A stretch of DNA of 63,587 nucleotides, filler included, from Globobulimina sp. (GCA_003354225.1; 53 parts of 53 records of this genome joined end to end with filler, not necessarily neighbours in it); one strand, 5' to 3'; shown: positions 12,050-25,307, numbered from the whole stretch's first letter. The notes: generated by a model not told the origin, from the letters alone. Numbers and translations are program-made.

Positions 12050-12612
12050 ATCAGCATTATATAATTCCTATGTGGAGGACTATTTTTCAAATGAATTATA
12101 AATTTTATAATCTAGTCAGGGGAGGAGTGGGATGAGTACTTTTTTTTTGAGTATTTAAGTATTAGTATTTAGAAAAAAGTTAGTTAGCAGGAGTCAATTT
12201 CGCAAACTTAAAAATACAGCCCGAGTCGATAGAACCTCCATCAACCTCGATTCATCCGATATTCGACAAAAAAGCAGTCACACTCCATCAACGTGGGTCA
12301 TCTTTTTGCATCATATTTATGTATATGATGATTGATTTAGTTCGATTAATTTATGATTGATTAGTAAAAATTGTAAATTGAAGAGGATTTACCGATTAAA
12401 TTGTATGGTTGAATTTTACCGCGATACAATTTATATGATACATCAGATGTACAGCTGCATATAAATTCATAATTGCGGAGAATTTTATAATTATGAATTT
12501 CGCACATTCGAATTATACAATTTAATTCTATTTCTGCGAGACTGTGACTAGCTTCATACGCATCGAATTTATTACTTTAAACCACCAAACATCGAATTTA
12601 TTATTGAACAAC

Positions 12613-12960
12613 ATGTTATTTGTTGCTCTATCAATATTTGCAGTGGTTCTTGCAAATTGTGCTGTTTTGGAGGAATTTAAGCAATTGGAACAATACGTAC
12701 TATCGCAAAGAAATGGAATTCAAAACTTAAGGAATCCGTATTTAAGAGGTGCTGCTTTACAACAACAAATGAGTGAATTAGAAAAGATGGCGGACTGCAT
12801 TGTAAACAAAGTTCAGGCACTCAAAGAATTGGCAGTTAAAGCAAGTCTTAATTCGGTAGTTGTACCAAAACAACCTTTGCCCAGATCAAAGGTAGAACAC
12901 TACAATGCTGAGTTGGAGAGACATAAACGGAAATACCGACCTGGTCTCTTTGATATTTGA
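12613..12960 (+). CDS. Small secreted helical protein
   Basis: ATG 12613, hydrophobic signal peptide MLFVALSIFAVVLANCA, complete ORF. Confidence 0.55.
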   Translation: MLFVALSIFAVVLANCAVLEEFKQLEQYVLSQRNGIQNLRNPYLRGAALQQQMSELEKMADCIVNKVQALKELAVKASLNSVVVPKQPLPRSKVEHYNAELERHKRKYRPGLFDI

Positions 12961-13222
12961 AATGTAATGAATAATGTATGAATATCACCATGATATGCTC
13001 TATTATTCATACATTGTTTAAGACAGCGTCAGATTTTTACAATCACTAAACTGTTTGCTTTGACCGTTGCCCAATAAAAATATGACGCTGACAACCGGAT
13101 GCTCTTTCTGTCCGAGACTAGGNNNNNNNNNNNNNNNNNNNNNNNNNNNNNNNNNNNNNNNNNNNNTTAATTAATTAANNNNNNNNNNNNNNNNNNNNNN
13201 NNNNNNNNNNNNNNNNNNNNNN

Positions 13223-14047
13223 AATGTCATTGCTACCACTGCCACATTGTAGCCATTCAATTTCGTCATGATACGGTTTACCTTTTCCAGTCGCGCAAAT
13301 ATCCCAATTTTTTTTCATTTGCTGTGAAAACTGCGATGCATTAAATTCAACATCAATGAAAGGCGAAACATTTGGATAAAATGATATTTTCTCATTGATA
13401 CAGCCTTTGATTGGTGATATAATTTTTGCTTTTCTTGTTTTGTTATTGAATGATATATTTCGTAATGCCGCGTTAACTTTTTGTTGTGCATTATTTAATT
13501 TCTTTAAATAAACTTTGAATGAATTCATTTGGTTTTGTAATGTATTAATTTTATTTAAACATATTTCATCAATTTTTGGTATTAAAATCTTATTTTTTAA
13601 TTCATGGATTTTGGTGATCATTGCATTGCATTCTTGTTCAACAAATTCACGTTTTGATTGTTGTAAATCACTTAATGTATCGATGGATTTTTCTAAATTG
13701 GTGATTGCTTTTTGGGTTTTACTAATCTGATCGTTTAAGGAATTACAAAAGGCGGTTGTTTCCGTATCAATTGTTACGATTTGAACAGGTGTATACGACG
13801 ATTGTGGACTTGGAGATAATGATGAATTTGCTGAGTATTTTAATTTTCTATATTCTTTTATTGATTTAAGAAAACGAATTTTATCTAATTTATGGCGAAA
13901 TTTATCACTAATTTCAGGAAGCCACATTTGTAAGTCTTCATCTTCGAATTCAATCAATTCATCAAAATTTGTGTTGTTTTCTACAAGAATTGGCAACAAA
14001 TAACCTAATTTATTTTTATTTAATATTATTGATGTTTGTTCTTCCAT
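13223..14047 (-). CDS. SAM-like N-terminus plus TRIM-like coiled-coil protein (partial)
   Basis: LNKNKLGYLLPILVENNTNFDELIEFEDEDL...KIRFLKSI is SAM-like, followed by a long heptad-rich region. Confidence 0.6.
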
Positions 14048-14130
14048 CTCGCCACTGCCTTCTGTTTCAAATGCGCCATAAGACATTCTCACTAGGCTTA
14101 TGGCGTGTTACTAAGTTTTTTTTATATGTA

Positions 14131-14324
14131 ATGGCTGTTTTAGACACTACAGCTGGGAATCTAGTGATTAAAGATATCCCTCATGCAATCATCAAAGACC
14201 CGCGAACATTATTTTCCACGAAACAAACACAAGATGACACAAAAGCGGATGTACCCGAGTTACACGTGTTATGTTATTATGGCGACATTGTTGGTCCTAC
14301 AGAGTTAAATTTGAGAAATAAATG
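14131..14324 (+). CDS. 5' end of an unknown gene divergent from the SAM/coiled-coil gene
   Basis: ATG GCT at 14131, frame open to the contig end. Confidence 0.5.
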
Positions 14325-14424
14325 NNNNNNNNNNNNNNNNNNNNNNNNNNNNNNNNNNNNNNNNNNNNTTAATTAATTAANNNNNNNNNNNNNNNNNNNN
14401 NNNNNNNNNNNNNNNNNNNNNNNN

Positions 14425-15129
14425 GTGAAATGAATTAAACATTTTTTGAAAGGTTGCCGGAGTAAAAACATCATCATCATAATCATCATAATTCTCATCG
14501 TCAACATCTGTCAATGCGCTGGGCGTATTGGCCGAAGCTGATAATGATTGAGATAAAGGAAGGCTGGCTTTGCTGGTATTGTTTGTCAGTGACAGTGTAA
14601 TCTCTGGTAAGTCTGGAAATGCATTTAGTGTCATTATAGAATCTAAGTCGTCGTCATCCTCGTCATTGCTATCATCGCCATCGCCATCCATAAATAGGAA
14701 CAGATCGTCATTGTCCTCATCATCGATCTTGTCCTCGTCGATGGTGTTCATTTGTGTGTTGTTCTGTTCGTTTAATAAGTCCATCAATATTTGGTCCGCC
14801 ACATGAAAGGATGGGATTGATAGTCTCTTTGTAAATTCATGATTGGTATATTGTGAGGATGTTTTTTTTAACAATGAAATTCCGCGCGTTTTGGGTGTTG
14901 TTATTAGGTCATCGCCGAATTTTGGTTCCAAATAACTGGCACCATTTATATTCTTACTCTTTTTCGGCGATCGTATATTTAATGAAAATTTAAATGAATG
15001 AGAACCATTACCAAACAATGTTGGCTCTGTAAATGATGAGACATGTCTTGTTTTATTTGCATTTGGCGGACCAACGATTTTATTTGATTCAAATGTAAAA
15101 GTATCACTTGGCGAAACAGGATCTGCCAT
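14425..15129 (-). CDS. Acidic/Ser-rich disordered N-terminus of an unknown protein
   Basis: ATG at 15129, open to the contig end, with Asp-rich tracts. Confidence 0.6.
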
Positions 15130-15630
15130 TATGCTGTTGTCATTTAACTTGAAACACGAAATTTAAAGGATTTTTTTTACTTTAAACAAATGGCGACATT
15201 TGCCTGAAATGACTCAAAAACGATAAATCAATCAACCAATCAATCGATCAACAATACTTTGTCATAATGACTCATATCAATTGGTGGAATAATAACGTTT
15301 TTAAATTGATATTGCAATGACATTTTTGATAATATACAGAAACAAATTTGATTAATTTATCACGTATTCAAATGTGTTTTGGTTATGCTTTGTATTCTTG
15401 TTCCACTAAATGTTATAACAACAGCATCGGTGCAATTGTTACATAAATCGTATAGCAAACGTTCATGGATAAAATTGCCAGACGATGTAAATAAAGAGAA
15501 TGGCAGAATACGTCATGAATTATTAANNNNNNNNNNNNNNNNNNNNNNNNNNNNNNNNNNNNNNNNNNNNTTAATTAATTAANNNNNNNNNNNNNNNNNN
15601 NNNNNNNNNNNNNNNNNNNNNNNNNNATAG

Positions 15631-16728
15631 GTTTCCAGTTCACTGAGACGTTTTTATTTTTCCTGTACTTGGGCATATTCACCGCCATAACCATCACCAA
15701 ACCGACGGTGTATGAGGAATTGCATTGGTATGACTGGGTGTTGTTTGTCTGTAACTTTGGTTACATATTTAACGAAATCTTGCAGTTTATCCAAGAAGGC
15801 CCGGGCAAATACTTCCAAACCTGGGAGAATGCCATCGATATCGTCGTGTCCATCCTGTGGATCGTGATCATGTTTTTGCGCATTTTGGCGGTGTTATTGG
15901 TGGGATTCGTGCCGGAATTGTCTTCCATAAACGTACTGTCCGGCATCCAGACTGAAGATTCCTTTTTGAATTTGTTATTCACGGCGTTATGGGTGATCAA
16001 TATCATATTGCTCTGGATCCGCTGTCTGCACTTCTTGATGTTGTCCAACCAGGAAGGCCCGCTGATCAATGTGATGATAAACATGGCGTCCGACGTCAAG
16101 AACTGGCTGTGGGTGTTTGCCGTGATTACGGTGGGCTTCGTGTTTGGCACTTATTTCTTAGTCGGCGATACTAACATTTACGTTCAATCCGAGCAACGCG
16201 CGTTGACTCTGACCATATTAGCCGCGTTTGGACAGCCCAATTGGTACCATGTGCAGTCTGGCGATGAGCACATCTTAAATGTGATTAATTCGTGGATGAT
16301 TATTATTTACTCCATCCTTGGCTTCGTGCTCTTAATCAATTTGTTAATCGCTATGATGGCTGAATCCTACTCTCGGACCGAAGGGCAGAGTGCGAAGGAG
16401 GTGCTGTTGAACACAGCCTCGTTGGCCTTTGAGTTGGACACTTCGCCGAAGATCATGCCGCCGCCGCTCAATTCCATATTGTTTGTCTTTTTTTTGATCT
16501 ACAATGTGGTGGATATTTTGGTGCTGGCCTTCACCGCGGAGTTCCTCAACGAACAGGGATGGAGCAAATATTGGCGATGCCGGAACAAAGATTGCAAGTT
16601 TTTGAACCAGAAGGCAGTCATTGACGAGCATATTAAGCAAGGATGGGATGGCGACTTTCCCTGCGGTTTATGTGATCAGTTGCATACTATGGACGATATA
16701 TTCAAAAGCAGCAAACGAAGGTTTGTGG
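15631..16728 (+). CDS. TRP-family cation channel transmembrane/pore domain (partial)
   Basis: Six-TM pattern: KYFQTWENAIDI, GPLINVMINMASDVKNW, pore LAAFGQ, S6 LLINLLIAMMAESY, downstream MPPPLN. Confidence 0.88.
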
Positions 16729-16881
16729 NNNNNNNNNNNNNNNNNNNNNNNNNNNNNNNNNNNNNNNNNNNNTTAATTAATTAANNNNNNNNNNNNNNNN
16801 NNNNNNNNNNNNNNNNNNNNNNNNNNNNTGTATTTCCATTAATATTTAGTGCAAGGATACTGACTCCATAACTATTCACAG

Positions 16882-17800
16882 ACTGCGCAAGACCATCGAA
16901 TGTAAAAAATACAGTGGATCCTGTGTGCAATTCACGCACCATTCAAAATCAGTATTACTAGCCAGTCACAATGGCAATAACAACAACAACCCGGTTAGCC
17001 ATAATATAATACGCTATTTATCCCTTCATGACAATGCTTACATTCGTACATTTTCGGGCCATACGGATCGGATCACAGAGATTTCATTGAGTTATTTAGA
17101 TGATACGTTTATGACTGCATCCATTGATCGACATATCCGTTTATGGGATTTGCGCCAATCGGGCTGTATGGCTCTGATAAAAGTGACCCATCGCCCCACC
17201 ATGGCTCAGGACCCAGAAGGACTAATCTTTGCCATTGGCACTGGCAACAATGAATTGAAGTTATATGATCGCAGGAAGTATGAACATGGGCCGTTTGACA
17301 CTATTCAGGCCACAAATGTTGGTGGAAAGTTACCGGTTATTAATTATGAATGGTGCAATATGTGTTTTTCGCCCGATGGCAAATATATATTAGTGTCGAC
17401 GCGGACAAATTTATTAATGCTCATTGACTCGTATAAAGGCGATGTGATTCACCAATTTACAAACTATAAAAATCAAAGCAATGACGATATCGTTGGCTCA
17501 TTTACGCCAAATGGAAAGTTTATTGTTTGTGGTTCGAGTAATGGCGATATCCATTTTTGGGATAAAGGAAATAATAGCAATACGAAGGTGACCATTTGGA
17601 AAGGACATCCGCGATGCATTAAGTATTTTAAATGGAATCCGAAATATTTGACTGCAGTTTCTGCAGCGCAACATATTTCGTTGTGGTTGCCGAGGAATGT
17701 GAATACTAATTTAAATTCAAACAGTCATGCACCGCATCCAAAAAAATCAAGTTTGAGGAAAAAGAGTCACAGTCATAGCAATAATCATAATAAGAAATGA
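16882..17800 (+). CDS. WDR82: WD40 protein WDR82/Swd2 (COMPASS subunit), 3' exon
   Basis: QFTHH, IRYLSLHDNAYIRTFSGH, IRLWDLR, DPEGLIFA, LKLYDRRKYEHGPF, FSPDGKYILVST, KWNPKY. Confidence 0.95.
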
Positions 17801-18278
17801 CAACCTTGTTAAAAAAAAACTGTTAATTTGCTAATGACGCTTTCTGCAACAGCCAGCAACGCTACCTTTTGTTTAAAAACAGGAGCAGTTGTAAATGGCT
17901 TTGTTTATCATCACAAATATATCCATCATCNNNNNNNNNNNNNNNNNNNNNNNNNNNNNNNNNNNNNNNNNNNNTTAATTAATTAANNNNNNNNNNNNNN
18001 NNNNNNNNNNNNNNNNNNNNNNNNNNNNNNACAAATGGTGCAAAGCGTAGAGTTTAAATTGTATTTATAACAATCGATGCCATTCGTATCACTATCGATT
18101 CCATTTATTTGGTGAAATGTGCATAAATTTATGTATATCGATAAATAGTGGTTCAAATACAAATACATACAGACTTTACAACATGACAAAGTTAAGAATA
18201 AGACAATTATAGTATCCAGAAATTATGCTTACATTTATGCCAATAATATGAAATTGTACAAAGAATTATGCGCATCAG

Positions 18279-19131
18279 CTATCGTTCAAAGTGATCCCAC
18301 CCCACAAGATCACGAGGATGTGTCTCAGAAACACTGATTGATACAGTAACCAATCCTTTTTGTATATAGTATAACACTCGCTCCTCTTCATTACACCAAT
18401 GACTCTCCAACTGTATGCCTTGCCATGTAGCACCACGCTGATTCTGTTCCATCAAGACTTGGCGAATCACTTCAATAAGATCAGTTCGCCAAACGTTTTT
18501 GTAGACAAGATAAATTTGACAATGAAAGGGCCGCATAAAGTATCCATTGACCATGTGTTTGGAAAAATTGAAAATCTAAATAATATAAAGTTATTCCCTT
18601 AAAGTATAGCATTACATATCTTGCACTTACATTGTGCATGAGCACAAAGGATTGAGCTGTGTTAGAAAAGAGACATGTAACATCAAATGTTGACAATCTT
18701 GGCAGATTCATCAGAGATTTTGCCCAGTTCAGTTGTGGAATAGAAGAATCGTGGTCATTTAGTATAGTTATGCTCTCCAAGTTGCAGAAAGAATCGGGTT
18801 TGCCTTTGATAAACTCGATCATATCAATTGGTCCATGGTCCATGTCATTAAACTCTAAGGTTATTGTATTCAGTGATCCTGGGATAACCGATTCACAAAG
18901 AGTACGAAAATTAGACTCCAAATCAGGGGAGCTTATAGACCCATAGAATGTCAGTTTTAGCTTTTCGATTGCTTTACCAGCCAGTGATGCTACAATGGAT
19001 GGGAATACTATCTCTGTAATACCATAGATCCTACATTCATGTAGGTTCTCGCAAAGTCCAATCTTTTTGAATGTTGCACGAATTGTTAGATTTTCTAAAT
19101 AATCGTCTTCATCAGCAAAGCAGTCAATGTA
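18279..19131 (-). CDS. Divergent LRR/F-box-associated-like protein, spliced 3' part
   Basis: Frame open from the contig edge with LxxLxL-like periodicity (NLESITI, LPRLSTFDV). Probable intron near 18600-18630 before the last exon. Confidence 0.4.
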
Positions 19132-19384
19132 ANNNNNNNNNNNNNNNNNNNNNNNNNNNNNNNNNNNNNNNNNNNNTTAATTAATTAANNNNNNNNNNNN
19201 NNNNNNNNNNNNNNNNNNNNNNNNNNNNNNNNTGAGATGTTGTCCTGTGAAAAAGGGCAACCGAAAATATTGCCAAAACGTGGTATTTAAAATTCGAGTA
19301 TAACGAAAACCTACGATATTACAAAACGTAAATATACCACTGGTAAAGCAAGGGTACAATAACAATAATCACAATATCTTCAGA

Positions 19385-20027
19385 TTCTGGGCAAAGAGGT
19401 ATGGCCCAGGAGCCATCCCACCTGCAAAAACAGTCGAGGAAAAACATATCACAAGAGGGTGGACACCACAACAGGTTGAATCGTTCATTAACTACATCTG
19501 TAGCCCAATTATTGTGACTGAGTTACCCTATGGAACGTTAGCCATGAAAACAACAGAAGGAAAAGTAACAATTCCCGCTACTGTTCGCAACATGCGGGCA
19601 ACACGCATTGTTGATCAATACTTGAAATACCTGACGCAGACCTCTCAAGAACACTTGAAAAAGTCACGAACATCCTTGATCAAACTGCTAAAAGTCTGTA
19701 CTGCAAGGCAGTCCAAGGCTTTAGCGGGTATTGATTACTATACAACAGATGGTAAATGCCATTCTTCTATTATATCTAATGTTATTCCAGACATTGTTCT
19801 AAGATTTTAGCCAGTCGAGGATTTGATGACCTCCAAGAAATCGTTCGGAAACTCGTTAAACAGAATCCAAATGTACCAGCTGCATGGGAACCTGATATGA
19901 CAACAGCCCTGCGTGAGACAAAACAGTATCTAAAAACTAACTTCAAGCTTCATCTGAAGAGAAATTCGAAAGTTTCTGACCATTGCTTTGCCCATGCACT
20001 GTCAGATGAGAGCGATGAGAATTTTCA
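19385..20027 (+). mobile_element. Intron-containing ORF of an invertebrate-type repeat, putative DNA transposase
   Basis: ELPYGT...IPATVRNMRATRIVDQY...LLKVCTARQSKALAGIDY, intron 19752-19810, then GFDDL...KQYLKTNFKLH...DHCFAHALSD. I recall this pattern from multicopy invertebrate TE-like ORFs. Confidence 0.55.
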
Positions 20028-20772
20028 GGTAAACAATAATCACTGATTGTTCTAGGAATTTTTAAGGTGGGCAGATAGGTACTAAGTCGATATTCAAAAT
20101 ATTTGTTGACCTAATATACGGGAGTATTAGCAGTTCAATCTATGACATTTTATTGAACATGCGTGTTCACTAGTATAATTTAGTATTGTTATTCCTATTA
20201 TATGAATAGGTATATGATAATCTGAGCTGTGACCATGTGGTTGAGTATTATAGGAAGAATGCAGTGGGCATGAGCATGATGACAGGGCGAGCCGGACGTT
20301 TTGCAAGGAGACTCAAGATGGTGATGACGGAGAANNNNNNNNNNNNNNNNNNNNNNNNNNNNNNNNNNNNNNNNNNNNTTAATTAATTAANNNNNNNNNN
20401 NNNNNNNNNNNNNNNNNNNNNNNNNNNNNNNNNNAGCTTTCTATTCGTGCATTTGCTCCCGGTTTTGCAGATACAATCGTCGCCATTCTAACAGTATTTA
20501 GTGCGGTTATAGCTGTCTCTTTGGCACCCGTGAACCGAGTTCTAGAGGTTCCAACTAGGCAGTAACAAATCACATTATTATACTCGTTACTGTTACAGTG
20601 GTGGCAGCTAACTTGCATTGTTTTGTGTTGTATTACATGTAAAAACGAGCCATTTCGGTCTCAGTAGCTATTGAACAATCATTCCGTTGCAAAAAGTATA
20701 ATATGACTGAACTATCAGGTGCACAATCACTATATTTGAATACGTACATTAGCAACGGTTTATAAGTTCATT

Positions 20773-21536
20773 ATGCTATTATTTTATGGAGAGACTGAAT
20801 GTGATACTGAGTCAAATAATGCTTGTAGTATGACCGATTTGCAGGATCAGGTTTGTTCCAATGGTTGTTTAGTGCCAAATTGGGACGAAAATGTCATGGA
20901 CGAAATTCCCTCAACAGATCAATCAGAAGAGGAAACAGAATGGGAACAATTTGGTCCAGAAGAATATGATATGTACATGTTCCTTTGGTGTGAAGAAGAA
21001 GAACGGCAATTCCCACCAATCGATTTCTACGATTTGCCAAAAGCTCTGTATCCTACTGGGCCAAACTTTCAATATCCTAGATGGAATAGGGCATATCAAG
21101 CATGGTTGGAAGGGAAAGAACCAAAAGCAATAATGGAACGCTTTAATCAAGGGGAGACTGAGATATATGACACAGTTATGAATGATCATACAGAAGTCCC
21201 AAACTCGGAAGTTGCCCGACACACAATCATGGAGGAGCCACTGGAACAATTAGGTAACAGCACATTGTACAGTCCTGCAGTCACAAAAGGGACAAATAGC
21301 ACATTGTACAGTCCTGCAGTCACAACAACGACGAACAGCACATTATACAGCCCAGTTTTTACTGTAACACAGGATTTGACCCAACAGTTGTTACATCATA
21401 TCATCAGAGTCACTTCCCAATGGATTGCTGATATACCAAGTGCTTGGCCTGGCATGAAGGAAATCGACCGTCAAAAACATCAGGATTGTAAGTTTGAAAT
21501 GTGCACAAATATTACAAATTTAGGTATGTTGATGGC
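20773..21536 (+). CDS. Acidic hypothetical protein with three 13-aa tandem repeats
   Basis: 39-nt units from 21256 to ~21357 encode NSTLYSPAVT...; ORF open to the contig end. Confidence 0.5.
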
Positions 21537-22039
21537 NNNNNNNNNNNNNNNNNNNNNNNNNNNNNNNNNNNNNNNNNNNNTTAATTAATTAANNNNNNNN
21601 NNNNNNNNNNNNNNNNNNNNNNNNNNNNNNNNNNNNTACTGTAGCTAGTAAGTTTTTCTTTTACTTTGCGTATTCAGAGGCATTGGCAGTTGACACAGTG
21701 ATTGTATCTAAATCTCCGCCTCTCCCAAACATATTGGAGGATAAAAGAAAATATCATCGAGCGACTAGTTATATTTCCATAGATGATGTAGCAACACCAC
21801 CGGGCCAGGTATAACATATATATATTCTCAAAACCACTTAAATCTGTATGAGTCAGTATAACTAATTATACATTTATATGTGCACAGGATTATATTGAAT
21901 GGATAAGAATATCGAAACAAAAATTACTGGTAATCAATATATTTGAACATGTTTTTAAATCTTGATATAGGTACAAGCCGTACAACACATAACCACATAT
22001 CACATATACCCACTTACATAGGAAAGAGAAGGCGCTTTA

Positions 22040-22738
22040 ATGTCGATAAAAATAAATATGACAGAGGCAATAACTGAAAACGAACTGAAATCGTTTTGTG
22101 AAAAGAATTATGAAGACAATGTAACTATAAATTCGTATAAAGTCTCATCACAAATAATCAAAGACTGTGAATATCAAATGTTATGTACTATCAATGCATG
22201 GAATGGCATTGATTTAAGAAAATTAAAAGTAAGCTCAGCCAAACCATATAGAACATTTCGGGAATATTTTGTAGTGGCAAAGAATTGGTGGGATCAACGC
22301 AAAACTGGTTTGTTAGGCACCATGTTATGGGCAAAAGTACTTTGTGAGATTGAGAAACATTTTGAAACGGATACGTTGTTGGTATTAAATATATTGAATG
22401 GGTTATTTCACGCAAAAGTTAAATATGTTCACACTAAGAAACAACCACTGATTTCAAATGGTATTATTAAAACATGTAAAGAGATGAAATGTTTTTTATT
22501 CCAAATAAGTGATACATTAAATATCGATGAGTGGCTACAAACAGATACAACAAACAGTACAAAAGTTAAAATAAATGCAAAATTCATTGCTGATAAATTA
22601 CGAACACAAATTCGTCATTTATTAAATGCAACAGATGTCACTCTGAAAGCACAGGTTGCGCATCGACAAAATGTACAACAGCCCGTACAATCACCGCCGA
22701 TATCTTTTTGTTCTTCCAATTCCAATTCTAATTCCACA
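22040..22738 (+). CDS. Hypothetical protein exon (multi-exon gene)
   Basis: Long ORF preceded by short GT-AG introns. No family recognised. Confidence 0.5.
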
Positions 22739-22902
22739 NNNNNNNNNNNNNNNNNNNNNNNNNNNNNNNNNNNNNNNNNNNNTTAATTAATTAANNNNNN
22801 NNNNNNNNNNNNNNNNNNNNNNNNNNNNNNNNNNNNNNGCAGGTATGTAGTGTACGGTATAATTTTGTATAAGTAGATATGGATACAGTACATGTTACAG
22901 TA

Positions 22903-23522
22903 TGCAGTATGAAGGTTCGGTAGTTTATCCTCTCAACCTTTTGACATCTACAGTAGGTAACTGCTTCTGTTATAGCAAACGGAAAAGGGCTAATACTTTG
23001 GATGATATGATTAAAGCCATTTTTGGTTCTTGGAAACGACCTCATTGCTGTAGTTCATTTCCATGCACACAAGCAAACGGAGCTACAGTCAAAGATAACA
23101 ATCGCGAAACCATAACTGGAGATAGGTAAGTATTTGTTGTAGTACTGTATGTACTTTCAATGTTTACTGTATAAAGTCGTTTCAGAGAAAATTACAATAT
23201 GTGCTGGGCTTCAGTTGTTTTTGAAGCACCGAAATTCACCAATTCTATACCTTGGATGATTCCGATTGATTGTTCTGGTGTTAAACCTACATCCCTCCTC
23301 CTTACTTTACCTCCAACCCTCAATATTGATGGACAAAAATTCGAACTTCGTTCAATGACCCTTTTAGGAACAAATAAACATTTCGTTTCCTTGATGTACT
23401 ATAAAGGTGAATTATTTCTTTATGATGGTATGGCAAGCAATCAATTCACACCTATAGCTAAAAGTAAATTTACATTTTCATGTTATAGACCTGATTATGT
23501 CATGTATATGTTGGTAACATAA
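22903..23522 (+). CDS. 3' exons encoding a USP/papain-like His-Asp box, possibly TE-borne
   Basis: FELRSMTLLGTNKHFVSLMYYKGELFLYDG...YVMY resembles the C19 peptidase His box. Intron near 23126-23184. Confidence 0.45.
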
Positions 23523-23767
23523 AATTATTGTGTATTATGTAGTTGTTAGGTTCAATAATATGTCTTGTTGTTATACATTTCGATATTCTATCATTTTTGC
23601 ACTTGTATTATGGATATTCTATTGTTTTTGTACTTGTATAAATAAAAAATATCAATTGTTTTAGGTTATTTTGAATATAAAAGTTTTATATACGTCACTT
23701 TTATTAATTATTCGCGCTCGTAACGCTTTGTTGCGTGTATTAGCCATTTTTCATAGGGGGTGTATAA

Positions 23768-23815
23768 TAAACTACACCCGGGTGTATTTTAAAATACACC
23801 CGGGGTTGTAGTTTA
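23768..23815. repeat. Nested palindrome / hairpin
   Basis: Perfect 28-bp palindrome CCCGGGTGTATTTTAAAATACACCCGGG (23777-23804), extended by TAAACTACA/TGTAGTTTA after a 2-nt bulge. Confidence 0.9.
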
Positions 23816-24040
23816 CAGGCACCCCCATAACATTGATTGAAAGTAATAGAATAATTTTCATAAGTTGCGCCTAAATAAGCAGGTGATAAACTTTGTTCAC
23901 GGAAGTATGTGCGCTACGAGTCCTCCTTAGGGAGTTACGCNNNNNNNNNNNNNNNNNNNNNNNNNNNNNNNNNNNNNNNNNNNNTTAATTAATTAANNNN
24001 NNNNNNNNNNNNNNNNNNNNNNNNNNNNNNNNNNNNNNNN

Positions 24041-25142
24041 TTTAGCCGATAATAATGTTTTCCCCATATCGTTGGGTCAGCACTATGATATATACCGTAT
24101 TTGTTCTTATTCCATGTCTTTTCATCATGTTTGTGTGCCAGATATTTGATTTCGGACTTCGTCGTTTTATAACCAATTAAATTATTTGGATTTAACCAAT
24201 TATTGTAATTTCCTTGCAATACGTATGGGTCATCAACATCAAATAAATCACGTTGCCTATTTTCATCATTTATTGGCTCGGACTTATCATCATTTGTCTT
24301 GCCATATTCATCACGGTCATCACAACAATCGTCATCACTGTCATCTATGTACTTTTTCTGCGTAAACCATAACTTAACCATTCCTGCGGCACATTTTGCG
24401 AGTTCATCTACATAATCATTCAATTTTGATTCCGAATGGCTGTGGACGCAATAAAACTTAATAAAATTCTCCATATATTTGCATATTGCAATTTGCTCGA
24501 TTTCTTTGTTTACTTTGATGTATAACTCAATTATAACATCGTCAGACGGCGCGTGTTTCTGCGATAGGATATTAAGGCAATTCTGGCTGTCCGTAATTAT
24601 GGATATACCATCAGCGCGGTCCACATACTTTGCTTTGTTTACTTTGTCGTTAATCCATTGTAATGATACCAATAACACATAAAATTCCATTATGTTTATG
24701 TGTGTGCGCACACTGAGCGGCAATACGATTTCATCAATAATCTTATTGCCAAAATAAACCACAACCGCACAGCCACCAATTCCGACAATTCTATTTCTCG
24801 GATTTTTGTCATAAAAATATACAGATCCATCAGGTACAAAATACAAATTATTGTCCTGCATCATCTCATCTTTCCACATATTCTCAAATTTAATGAATTG
24901 CATTGACTTTGGTATCGGTTTTGGTGTGTATTTATATGGAAATCTTTCAATAAAATCGCCACAAATATAAGTTAATGCGTCCATCGATCCTAAATCAATG
25001 GCACTGATGTACCACGTCCAAAAGATATTATTTTTACGTTTATCTCTTGGCATTTTGGCTACTTTGCTTGTGATATCGTGTCCATTATTAATTTTATCAT
25101 AGAACGGAGTAATTTCTTTGATAAATTTTACTTTTTTTACAT
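24041..25142 (-). mobile_element. RNase HI domain of a non-LTR retrotransposon ORF2 (partial)
   Basis: Catalytic motifs PDGS, NIMEF, ITDSQ, HSHS..NDYVDELAK, followed by the typical post-RNase H helical region. Confidence 0.8.
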
Positions 25143-25307
25143 NNNNNNNNNNNNNNNNNNNNNNNNNNNNNNNNNNNNNNNNNNNNTTAATTAATTAANN
25201 NNNNNNNNNNNNNNNNNNNNNNNNNNNNNNNNNNNNNNNNNNCTATACACTCGATCATAGGATCCAATCACTCGAACTCAAGGCGAATTCTACCGCATAA
25301 ATTCCAA

